DNA of 62,471 nt, filler included, from Globobulimina sp. (Eukaryota): assembly GCA_003354225.1 (NCBI GenBank). It is 17 parts of 17 records of this genome, joined end to end, with 100 filler letters (N's around TTAATTAATTAA, not from the genome) between each part and the next. Parts side by side here need not be neighbours in the genome. Positions count along the whole stretch, not along the records: positions 47,871 to 51,446 come from PIVH01002471.1; positions 51,547 to 55,122 come from PIVH01002472.1; positions 55,223 to 58,797 come from PIVH01002473.1; 14 more parts are not named here. One strand, given 5' to 3'. Below the pieces are notes generated by a model. It was not told the origin of the DNA and did no database searches. It saw only the letters and a program-made list of their open reading frames with translations. How positions within the stretch are numbered: the first letter of the stretch is position 1; the number at the start of each line of letters is the position of its first letter. The position numbers and the translations under genes were made by a program. Below, piece after piece: positions 48,528-58,739 of the stretch.

Positions 48528-51282
48528 TCATTGTTGTTTTTTGTTGGTCAGATTATTTCCAACCATTTGATACAATACATTCATTTTCTGAGTATGTTTT
48601 TGTTTGAAGCCATCATTGTATAACATTCGTAACAAACGATGATAATGATAATAATATTTAAAATATTGAGGTTGCATCATTTTATTTCTTAATACTGGAT
48701 AATCAGTGTATAATTTAACAGTCACAATCTCCATAAAACTAATCGAATCATAATATTGATCATTATTATCCATCACCACATAACACGGTTGCTTTACATG
48801 CATTGTTTTATACATTAACTTACATTCATTTATTAATATTTTCCACTCAATTTCAAGCAAACACCATTCAAACGAACAATTTAATATTTCCTGTTTTAAA
48901 TTATCAAATACACTCTCATTAATAGCAATTCCTTGATCATATTTGTTTTCTTTCTCATCCATATCACTATGTTTGCTAATATCAAAATAATAACAATGGA
49001 TTCGATCCATTAAACGTATATTTATATTATCCATATATTTAATTGATTTATTACCGCTATTTGCATTATCAATATGTCTTTCATATATAACACATTTCTC
49101 AGTGCCACATTCATGCGCACCATCATTAAATAATAATTTATAAATTTCTGTTTTATTATGATACAGTAAACAATGATAAAATATGTCATACAATGACACA
49201 TATTCTTCTTTACTCAGCTTACTCATCGTTTGCATCTCTTTGCTGTTAGAACTACACTGTATTACTAATTTAGATACAATGTCACATTCGCCACTGTTCG
49301 AGTTACATTCTTGTACATTGTCCATTAATTTATTCTGTACTTTGCATAATATCATGATGCGAGTCGATATGTCCATGTTTAATTGACAGCATATGTTTAA
49401 TATAAATAATTCCAATGCATCCACCCATTCCTCATTGATATGTAACTCCAATTTATCACATTGTTGGTACGAATCACAAATAGTATCTATCAATATTTGA
49501 TGACAGATATTATCAAAATATTTGCTAAAGTTATCCATAAAAACTTGTATCTCTTTGAATGGATATTTTAATATACATTGACAGCAACAAATAAATTTGT
49601 TTCTAAACTCCTTCTCTTTGATTAATGCGCCAATTTCAAAGAAATACCTTGATTTCCAATATGTAAATTGTTCATCATCATCATATTCATTGTCTGCTGT
49701 TTTATCATCGCAATCTTCAAAATCTTGATGGAATTCAATACCGGTCACATTCACTCGTTTTATAATTTTAATTAAATGCTTATTGATGTCATTGTGTTGC
49801 ATTAGTTTTGGTACTATCGATTTCCATAAATTTTCATCCAAAATATTCAACACATTTAATATAAATTGATAATAATCATTCACGTTGACATTATTAATAT
49901 TGATATTGATCAGATTAATATTGCATAATTGCGTTTGTTTGAGGACATAAAATCTATTTTTAACATGTTGAGCTAAATCAATATCAACAGTGTCAATATC
50001 GACGCATTTCGCATAACATCCGTTGACAATACAAATTGGATACAAATCAAACCTTATCCACAATAAAATAATCGCATTACAACACGTAAAGCAATATTTA
50101 TGCGGAATAAGTTATCGTGTAAGGCTCAAATGACTCTTCAAAGATTTCCCTGAAAAACGCACATTTTTGATTTTGCGACAACGCTGCATCGATTTCACTC
50201 ATTTTTGATTGATTGTACATTAATTTAATATATTCATCAACATCCACTGCATCATGTTTTTCATTGTTCTCCTTTTTATATTTTACAAAGGCATCGTACG
50301 CAGCGTTGAATTTTAAATGTAATTTGTCATATTGTCCAATCATTTGATAATACTGCGCATTCTGCATCAAATTGGTAGCGTTCTTTACGGATTTAATAGC
50401 TTCGAATTTTTCTTGTGTATTATTCTGAAGCACATAAATTTGCTTCATTTCACCATTTAGCACTGAAAATATATCATTTTTGGTAATTGGATTTGTTTTC
50501 GTATTCCTGTTTCGATATTGCTGCAACCACTCTTTTGTGGCTTTTGTTAAATTAATGGAGATTATCTTTGGTAAAATAAATAAGTTATTTTCTAATCCAT
50601 AGCAATGAACATCTTTTGGCAGAAATATAAAGTGATCGTTTTTATTGATGTATTGTTTTTGTTTTGCAATGAGATATAATAATTGTATGGTGTTTGGAGA
50701 AATGGATTTGCTTTCAAATAATGTTCGTTTTGGTTTCCATAACTTATAGAAATCAAATTCGTTTCTAATAGCATTCAGATCGATAGTTTCAGAGAAATTG
50801 CTTTTATTTTCTTCAACTTCGGCTGCAAAGTGGTGTGGTATTAATATCACAAAATGTTTATCCGCAGAAAGTTGCATAAATTGATGAGAGTCATTATGCC
50901 CCGCAAAGCCACGATAAATGTGGTTGTAAATTAAAGGGTTAATTAATTGAATTTCGTTGAATAAATATTTGCTGAATTTTTTGATTTGCTTCAAATTATT
51001 CATGAAAAAATTATCATGCAATAATGGCAAACATTGCTGGCACACAAATTGTTCTTCCATATAACCATACATTTTTAACTCACATTCAATGCTTTTATTT
51101 TTAGTAAAACACGCACTGCAAATGATATCACCACAGGCCCGACAATGATGTTTTCGGCGAATGACATTAAACTCTTTGTCACAAATTTCACATTCATCGG
51201 TTGAATCATCAGACTTCCAACTTGGTGCAGTATCTGGGAGCACTTGGCTGGATTTGGAGACACTGGATGTTGCTGAACCCAT
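48528..51282 (-). CDS. FYVE-domain protein (two ORFs, junction near 50063-50100 unresolved)
   Basis: WKSDD...CEIC...F..IRRKHHCRACGDIICSAC...VCQQC; the start MGSATSS is myristoylation-like. The downstream ORF has VKLYTDY, like the ART-like family at 22109-24217. Confidence 0.7.
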
Positions 51283-51547
51283 TTGGAGCACTGGATTTGG
51301 AGATACTTGGCTGATTCAGAAAATGTTGCTGCTCCTCGCACATCTCAAAAACGCAAAGGTATTAAAATTCTTACATCCTCGCACAATGAAATCGTGCGTT
51401 ACATCCTTGCACAAATTTTCATCACTAAAAAAAAAATATTAATTAANNNNNNNNNNNNNNNNNNNNNNNNNNNNNNNNNNNNNNNNNNNNTTAATTAATT
51501 AANNNNNNNNNNNNNNNNNNNNNNNNNNNNNNNNNNNNNNNNNNNNT

Positions 51548-54265
51548 ATGAGTCATGGTCCACGCCTAATGTCGGCCACATGCAATGCAAAGAATTCGCG
51601 CCGCACTGCCTCGATTATCCCGACTATGGAGGAGATGGATGACGACTTCCTCGCCAATATCTTCGTCGATCTTGACGATGAGGACGACTACGAGGATGAG
51701 AATATGGTGCAGGGCCAGCTGAGACTGATGAACTCTGCTTCGTCGCCACCAATGTTGGCCAACGCCACTGTGGCTGTCACCGAACAGACGGAAATCAAAC
51801 AAAAGGAATGGAACGAGCTAGGCACTCTGAATGAGGCCAGCGACGAAGAGGAGCATCGCATCGAATATATGGATGATGATATGGATGATATGGACGATAT
51901 TAAAGAGGAATTCGCGAAGATTCATACAAAACGGAAACGAAATCAACACCAACGGCTGCAAAGTGCGCCCGTTGTGGTGGGCAATGACGCTATAAACACG
52001 AAGGGAAAACGCGACGATTTGCATATCTATCAAACCTGGAACTATTTCGAGGAAATGAGTGATAGTTTAAAATCAGACTACAACTCCGATGGCATGAACA
52101 CCGACAGCGATACTTATGAGAACCAGCGACAACGCGACGAGCACGACGATGATCGCAAAACTACGGATAACGCCACGTTTGGCACAGAGCGAGTTCAGTG
52201 CCATACAACTACATACAAACAAAAGTAACTATATAATTACAAACTGTTTCTGTTGCATTTCCAGGTATTTTCCACCTTCACCAAAGAACTGGCGCTCACC
52301 AGCGAGAATCCGCGCTTTATCTTCGAATCCTTGTCGGAAATCTGTGTGTCGTTGCGGTCCAAACAGATGTCCTCCAAAGCCATTAAGCACAAAATCGCGT
52401 TCGATTCACCCATACTGCGGTACGAGAGAGTGGTGAGCTTCTTGAAATTGCTGGGCTTCGCGCAAAACTATCCCTTGTCCGCCTACATCATCACCAAGAT
52501 CGACGTCCGCCGCATAGACGCGGCGTTATCGTCGTGCCAGCAGCAGCTGATTGAACTCAGTAAGAAGTCCGCCACCTATCAGGTGATTGTGACGAGCCGC
52601 CTGCGCAACACCGACAGCTTACCCATTCCGCCCATCCCGCCGCCGCCGCCCATCAACGAGGACAAATCGGACAAATACTGCGAATTGGAGCAACTGTGCG
52701 ACATCGACGCGGATCGCTGCCAGCTGTATGAGCTAATATGGTCTGCCACGCATCCCAGCAATACCGACCACAAAGCCAAGGACGTGATATTGCTGTGTTT
52801 CATTCTGATCACATCGCCGTTGAAGTTCATCAAGTTGTTAGAGGCGCGCTTTTTCAATGACGACCATGGCAGAGCGTCGCGCTCCTACTCCACCTCGACG
52901 GACAGCACTTTTATGGGCTATATGCCGGTTCCCACTCCGTCGCCGGCCACGGACGGCTCGTCGTTGCCGTCGCTGAATACGTCGCGGAACGCGTCCATCA
53001 CCTTCGACTATGAGCGGATTCAGAGCTCGTACGGCGTGCAGAAGAAAGTCATCCATATGATCCGGCTGTGGATGCAAAAGTATTGGCTGCAGGATTGGCA
53101 CAGCAACGCGGCGCTGTTGTCGTATACGGACGTCTTTGTGCGGAAAGCCAACAAAGCGTATCAGAACGACATCGACTTCGATGTGACTGAAATGAACAAA
53201 GGCTTCGAGCTCATCAGCGGGATACACAAAACTATCCAGAAACAGAGAGCCGACGCTACTTTCCGGCAGACGCCGATCGCCAATGTGCGGCCGCGGAGCA
53301 ATAGCAATAACACGGAGGTTTTGCGCAGAAAGTTGGAAAAGGCGGGGCCGCCGCGGCGGAAATCGATGCATAAACAGAAACATAAGCGGAAATTCAGTTT
53401 GTTGTCATCGCCGAGAGCCTCGAAGTTGAAGATAGCGAATTCGAACTCGAATATGAATGAGATTCCCAACGATTTGCTGAAAATAGGAAATGAGTTAATA
53501 TGCAACCAGTTGGTGCTGTATTTGCTGAGTAAGTATGGCGCCATCAATGCGCGCGAATGCCTGTATCAATACAGTCCGATCCACAAACATAAGGAGAACA
53601 TTTGTGCGCATATCCAAATCTATAAAGACACGTTTAATAACATTGTGAAATGGGTGCAATCGAGTATTTTATTACAACAACAGGTTGCGAAAAGAGCGAG
53701 AATCATTAAGAAATGGATCAAAATCACGGATTTGTTGTTTAATATCCGCTGTTTTCAGGGCTTTGTGGCTGTGCAATGTGCGTTGGCATCAAATGCTATT
53801 TACACATTGAAGGAGGCATGGAATCAACACAATGTTTTGAAGCGTAAACATCATACGAAATTCAAGGAAATCAAAGTGATCATGTCCGCGTCGCATAATT
53901 TCGAGAATTTGCGCAGATTGCAACGGGAAGCGCATGCTCCGCTGATTCCATATTTTGGTATTTTTTGCAAGGATTTGATTTATATTCAAGAGGGAGTCAG
54001 TAAGCGGAACCAGGACGGCATGATTAATTGGAGCAAATTGTGGAGAATATCGGGATTAATTAAAGACCATTTGACATCTCAACACAATTCGTCGTACAAT
54101 CGGATCATTCGAAAAAATGAGTGTATGCAGAAGTGGCTACAAACGGAGCTCCGAAGAGCTGGCACACTGAAAACCGACCATATTGACAAAATGGCGCGAG
54201 ATGTGGCGCAAAAAGATAAAAATCGCAAAATTGGACATAAAAAAAGTTTCACATTGATGCAATAA
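51548..54265 (+). CDS. RasGEF (CDC25) domain protein with PUB-like and REM regions, intron 52193-52264
   Basis: FNNIVKWVQSSIL, RARIIKKWIKI, PLIPYFGIFCKDLIYIQEG, INWSKL, FLKLLGF. The splice CGA|GT..CCAG|GTA is in frame. Confidence 0.88.
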
Positions 54266-55223
54266 TGCACTTCATTCATTTATTTGTTATATATATATAT
54301 ATATATATTGTTCCATTTCATTTCATTTCATTTCATTCATATCTTTCATCCATATTTAATATATTATTATTTATAATTAATTAATTAATTTATTTATTTG
54401 TTTTTTATCTCAAAAATGTGTATAGCCCATTTAATGCATTTTTTCTTATTCCTATTTTTTTCTATAATGTGTTATTTCTTTTTTTTTAATTGTTTGCATT
54501 GTTCGAAACATGTTTTTTCTTTTCAACTTTGTTTCGATCTTATTTTGTCTCGTTCGTTTTTTTTATCATTGTTTTTTTTTGTTTGTTTTGTTTTGTTTGG
54601 TTTGGTAACGTTGGTTGGTAAATATATCATTCATTGTGTGTTAGATTAGGAGTTGTATCTTAGCCCTCCTTCTTGTCATACTTTTTGTTTTTTTTTTTAA
54701 ATTATCCACACCGATCATTGTTCCTTAAACGCGAATTTAAACAAAATTCTTAATATTATTTGATTGATTTATTGTTTAACGCATATCATATTATTCAAAC
54801 ATATTTCCATTGTGATGACTATTCACCACATCCTTAAATTGTTTGCAACAAATCACCGCATCATTCACCACATTGTTTGCAACAAATCTATGGATATCGC
54901 AAATAAGAACTAAAAAAGTAAAATATGGATTGGCTTAATTGAAACATTCAAATCTTGGTTTATACTAATTTTCATAATCATTGTCGTTCATGTTTTAGGA
55001 TCCGTAGACTTTTGGAATTTTGGAACTTTGCGATTCTTCTGTTCCCACAGTTGTGAAGTTTTGGAAATGTTCAGAACTTCGTTTTTTTTTTATTGTTTCG
55101 AGATGTCATACACAGATCTCAANNNNNNNNNNNNNNNNNNNNNNNNNNNNNNNNNNNNNNNNNNNNTTAATTAATTAANNNNNNNNNNNNNNNNNNNNNN
55201 NNNNNNNNNNNNNNNNNNNNNNA

Positions 55224-55853
55224 AAGTACGCCCTCGAAGAAGACGGTGACGAACCCGGGGCCAGCGATGCCCGTTTCAAAGTTGTAAAGGCCGACAAAAG
55301 CAAAGGCAGCGCTACGGGCTACATAGCAAAATACATCTCAAAAAATATTGATGGTTACAATGTTGAAGCGGATCATTATGGGCGAAATGCCATTGAGTCA
55401 GCCGTTCGCATTGAAGCGTGGGCCTCAATCAATAATATACGCCAATTCCAGCAGATTGGCGGTGCCAGTATAACGGTATGGCGAGAGCTTAGGCGGCTAG
55501 AAACTACGGGCAATAAAGATCTATTAGAAGAACTTTCTCAAGCGGCAGACAAAGGTAACTGGGCTCTATACACCGAACTTATGGGGGGAGCAATTTGCCC
55601 CCGTAAAGAACGCCCCCTTCGCCCTATGATGATCGAGCGCCCAGAAGAAAATCGTTATGGCACTATTGTTAAGCGGCTTGAGGGCTTATGGTTTGGCGTA
55701 GTGGCTGTAGCCACTCGCACCCACGTATGGACTATTCGCGTAATTAGAGATCGTCTCGCTGAAAATTCAGACAGTATTGACGGTGTTGGTTTTGGGGTTG
55801 GTCTTTCTCAAGCTCCGCCGCAAGGCGGTGTCCCCTTGGAGTTCTGTCAATAA
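55224..55853 (+). CDS. P2-like replication initiator protein A (HUH rolling-circle endonuclease), C-terminal part, 5'-truncated
   Basis: The frame is open from the contig edge: SATGYIAKYISKNIDG (YxxxY catalytic tyrosines), AWAS...IRQFQQIGG..TVWRELRRL, AADKGNWALY..LMGG, ENRYG. The ORF track calls only the last 90 aa. Confidence 0.92.
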   Translation, partial: KYALEEDGDEPGASDARFKVVKADKSKGSATGYIAKYISKNIDGYNVEADHYGRNAIESAVRIEAWASINNIRQFQQIGGASITVWRELRRLETTGNKDLLEELSQAADKGNWALYTELMGGAICPRKERPLRPMMIERPEENRYGTIVKRLEGLWFGVVAVATRTHVWTIRVIRDRLAENSDSIDGVGFGVGLSQAPPQGGVPLEFCQ

Positions 55854-55857
55854 CTGT
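55815..55857 (+). promoter_or_regulatory. P2/186-type rolling-circle origin (gpA nick site) with preceding GC hairpin
   Basis: CCCCTTGGAGTTCTGTCAATAACTGT (55832-55857) resembles the recalled P2 ori GCGCCTCG^GAGTCCTGTCAATAACTGT. Hairpin CCGCC-GCAA-GGCGG at 55815-55828. Confidence 0.75.
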
Positions 55858-56116
55858 ACGGACAAAGCTGAAGGATGTAAATTTGATTGAAAAACAAAAT
55901 ACCAATCGGCGACCAACATACAAGTTGTAGGCAGGATTAACACACAAGCGATGTGTCGCTTTGACATCCTCAAAAAATGAAAAGCGCCGAACCATTCGTA
56001 AGTACGTGTCGGCTTTTCCCCCAGTAACGGACTGTTGCGACACATAAAAACAGTATAAATTTATGACGGTTTTGTGCCAAAAACAGACCCCACAAAATTT
56101 CCTAAAGAAAAACCAA

Positions 56117-56338
56117 TCAACCTTCTTTCTTAATCTGAAGCGCCTTTGGCCCTTTTGGTGCATCTGCAACAGTAAAGCTAACAGTATCTCCCTCTAATAG
56201 GTTTTTATCATCGTCAGCAACATCATCACAAAAAAAGAAAAGATCCTTACCTTTATCTCTTCTTATAAACCCAAAGCCTTTGAAATGATCATACATCCTA
56301 ACACGACCAAACTGCCTTTCTTCTAATATCATTCCCAT
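56117..56338 (-). CDS. Cold-shock domain protein, retron-associated (likely start ATG 56332, overlapping the RT stop as ATGA)
   Basis: RNP1 KGFGFI, RNP2-like DLFFF, LLEGDTVSF, KGPKA. It overlaps the 3' end of the RT gene. Confidence 0.92.
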   Translation of the reverse strand: MGMILEERQFGRVRMYDHFKGFGFIRRDKGKDLFFFCDDVADDDKNLLEGDTVSFTVADAPKGPKALQIKKEG

Positions 56339-57510
56339 ATCTCTTTGTAAGTGGGTAAGCCTGAGTGTTTTCTGCTCAACTGTTTCCGTAACGACTTGGC
56401 GAGCGCCTTGTCCGTTCTACCAAGAATGCCCAGCTGATGCTCAAGCCTACCAACACGCTTTAATAACCCAACTTTATTATGTGTTTTCTTGGAAGAATTA
56501 CAGATTTTTTTTACCTGATAAACAATATTTTTAGTGGCCGACCAATCATACATTGGCAGAATTTCACCTAAACGGTGACGGAGTTTTTTTGCCTGCTTAT
56601 GGTTAAGCCTTCCTAACTTTGCAACCAAGCCTGAGGTGTTGTTCCATAGCTTATGGTAAGACTCTGCAAAGGGAGATCTAATATATTCTTGTTCGCAAAT
56701 AAAAACCTGATGCCTAATTTGGCGACGATCTACCTTTCTTAACCGAGGCTGATTATTTCCAATCCAGAGCCCAGTAACTTTAAAGTGTTCAGGATCGGCA
56801 GAGTGTTTTTTAGTTTCTACCTTTGTTTTTTTGTTATTTATTTTTAGCCCGTGCTTTGAAAACATTCCCGCAAGGGTTTTAATATGCTTCGTCACCTCAT
56901 CATTATTTAAATCTTCAGGATATGAAATGGCAATGTCGTCGAGAAGCCTACTATACGCAATGCCTTGCCCCCTTAACTTTGAGACTATTCTGTACTCCGT
57001 ATTGAAAAACAACAAGTTGGCAATATAGGTCGAGGTACATGCTCCCTGCGGCACTTTATTCCCCAAGGTTACAATACGAGTTAAAACCTCAGAAACCTCA
57101 TCGGGAAACTTAAAAAAATATTTAAAGATATCGTTCACATAATTAGGGCGAATATTATCAAAATATTTTTTAATATCCACACTAACTATGGTCTTTGCAT
57201 TTTTATGAATTTCAGCATTTCTAACATAGTCACGCCTATTTCCTGCATCTCGAATACCTCCCTGCAAGTAAACAGGATATTTAACCTTTTCGAATATACG
57301 GGAATTTATTCTTTTCTGGAGTTTCTTGAGCTCATACTTCGGCTCGTACACAGTTCTAGGTTTTTTATTTTTTATTGTAAGTTCAAACTCAGTATAAGAT
57401 TCACTGGTTTTATTCGATATATCCAGAAGTAGCTGAGGCCTTATGCCTAGCGTTTTCGATAAGGTATCAATACTCGATATGGGTTTGTATGGGTAGTAGG
57501 GCTTGTCCAA
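56329..57510 (-). CDS. Retron-type reverse transcriptase (393 aa, TTG start)
   Basis: Region X NAEIH (98-102), VDIKKYFDNI, PQGACTS, YSRLLDD (LLDD 189-192), region Y VTG (245-247). RBS TAAGGA lies 7 nt upstream of the TTG. Confidence 0.95.
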   Translation of the reverse strand: MDKPYYPYKPISSIDTLSKTLGIRPQLLLDISNKTSESYTEFELTIKNKKPRTVYEPKYELKKLQKRINSRIFEKVKYPVYLQGGIRDAGNRRDYVRNAEIHKNAKTIVSVDIKKYFDNIRPNYVNDIFKYFFKFPDEVSEVLTRIVTLGNKVPQGACTSTYIANLLFFNTEYRIVSKLRGQGIAYSRLLDDIAISYPEDLNNDEVTKHIKTLAGMFSKHGLKINNKKTKVETKKHSADPEHFKVTGLWIGNNQPRLRKVDRRQIRHQVFICEQEYIRSPFAESYHKLWNNTSGLVAKLGRLNHKQAKKLRHRLGEILPMYDWSATKNIVYQVKKICNSSKKTHNKVGLLKRVGRLEHQLGILGRTDKALAKSLRKQLSRKHSGLPTYKEIWE

Positions 57511-57533
57511 CGATACATCCTTAAAGCGCCAGC

Positions 57534-57970
57534 AAAATGTAAGAAGTCTACATACTGTTAAAAATGTCCATTATGAACCTCGTCAACGGTACGACCCATA
57601 AAGCGAAAGCTGAAATACCAGTCTTCCACGGTTTACGAATGTCATGCTCAACTTGCTTATCAACTACTGGCTCTACTCTAGAATCAGTGGTCTTATTTTT
57701 ACTTAAAGTTACTTGTAATTTAATGCTCATTGTAATCATTTGATTACTCCTTTTCGGTTAATGCAACAACGATTGCTGAAGCGCCAGACCAGAAAAGACT
57801 GAACTAGAGATAAATTAGTTGAGCGTTGACAGACTTCTTACTTTTACGCCAGACAACTGTCGCCATAAAGTTATACGCGGCATATGCGGCACAGGGCACG
57901 CGATTGGGCGCAGGTATGGCTCCAGGAGACGGGTCATGATCCTTTACAGGATCGCACAAAGCGTCGATTC
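57534..57970 (-). ncRNA. Putative retron ncRNA (msr/msd-like) region enclosing the small ORF; boundaries approximate
   Basis: Inverted repeat GTAAGAAGTCT (57539-57549) / AGACTTCTTAC (57831-57841), extendable by 4 bp across a 1-nt bulge. Hairpins AACTA..TAGTT (57802-57820) and GATCCT-GTAA-AGGATC (57938-57953). The region lies directly upstream of a retron RT. Confidence 0.6.
57548..57739 (-). CDS. Small 63-aa protein with hydrophobic/amphipathic C-terminus, candidate retron effector
   Basis: AAGGAG RBS 7 nt before the ATG; co-oriented and 37 nt upstream of the RT; C-terminal GISAFALWVVPLTRFIMDIF. Confidence 0.65.
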   Translation of the reverse strand: MITMSIKLQVTLSKNKTTDSRVEPVVDKQVEHDIRKPWKTGISAFALWVVPLTRFIMDIFNSM

Positions 57971-58565
57971 CCTAGTATTTCCAAGTAACAGTAAAAAATA
58001 GCAAACAGGCGAATACACCTGCATGGCTGTAATTTAATTTATATCAATTAGTAAGTAAAGAGCTAAATGGACTGAGCATAGGAAGGATTAATACCCTCAT
58101 TTCTCTCAATCTACCATAATAAGAAACTATCTCGGCCACCTAAGTTTTAGCGATGACTGCCCAGCATAGAATATTTGGGGTCAGAGTAAAAATACAAACG
58201 ACCGCCTTAAGTCATCAAAGACTATATCGCTCTAAAGTCTGCTATGGGTTAAATAACTGCCCATCGTCAATATTTTCTTTCTATCGATGTCCGCTTTATG
58301 AACATATAGAGTCATCCAGCAGGCAATCCTTTGCGCCCCACCAGTCATTAGTAGGTTGCAATAAGACTATTTGTAATGCATTTTGACAAGTCATTACACA
58401 ATGCAGCACCACCTCGTAATGCAGAAAGGCAGTATTTTAAACATGGCTATGGCCCTGAGAAGAGCATCGTCTAAATTTTGTCAGAACGACTACTATGTAA
58501 TTTACAAAGAAAACGATATTGACTATAAAGCAGCCACATTGTCATATAGGCCGTTGATTTATAAG

Positions 58566-58619
58566 TGGTGCCGGGGCCGGACTTGAACGGCATGGAGTTA
58601 CCTCCGAGGGATTTTAAGT
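58566..58619 (-). pseudogene. 3' half of tRNA-Leu(TAA), att-site-like remnant
   Basis: The minus strand reads ACTTAAAATCCCTCGGAGGTAACTCCATGCCG-TTCAAGTCCGGCCCCGGCACCA: anticodon loop, long variable arm, T arm (1-nt deletion) and CCA. The 5' half is absent. Confidence 0.85.
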
Positions 58620-58739
58620 TCTCCCACTAGAAAAGAGGCTTTGAAACTTTGAAACGGACTTAATATGGCCTTAAATTTAAGAAAATTAAAACCTAATAGA
58701 AACCACTCAACTCTATCTATATGTTTTTAAAGGTTTATA

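Noticed and set aside
55744-56169. Minus-strand ORFs 55744-56169 and 55767-56045 as additional retron genes
   Set aside because: They overlap the CSP end, the ori and gpA antisense, with no recognisable motif or RBS.
57974-58004. Sigma70 promoter for the retron (TTGCTA ... AATACT on the minus strand)
   Set aside because: The spacing is 19 nt and both boxes are imperfect. The position is plausible but the match is too weak to call.
57819-58586. Plus-strand ORFs 57819-58001, 58153-58386 and 58383-58586
   Set aside because: They are short, lack a clear RBS or motifs, and overlap the putative ncRNA or the tRNA remnant.
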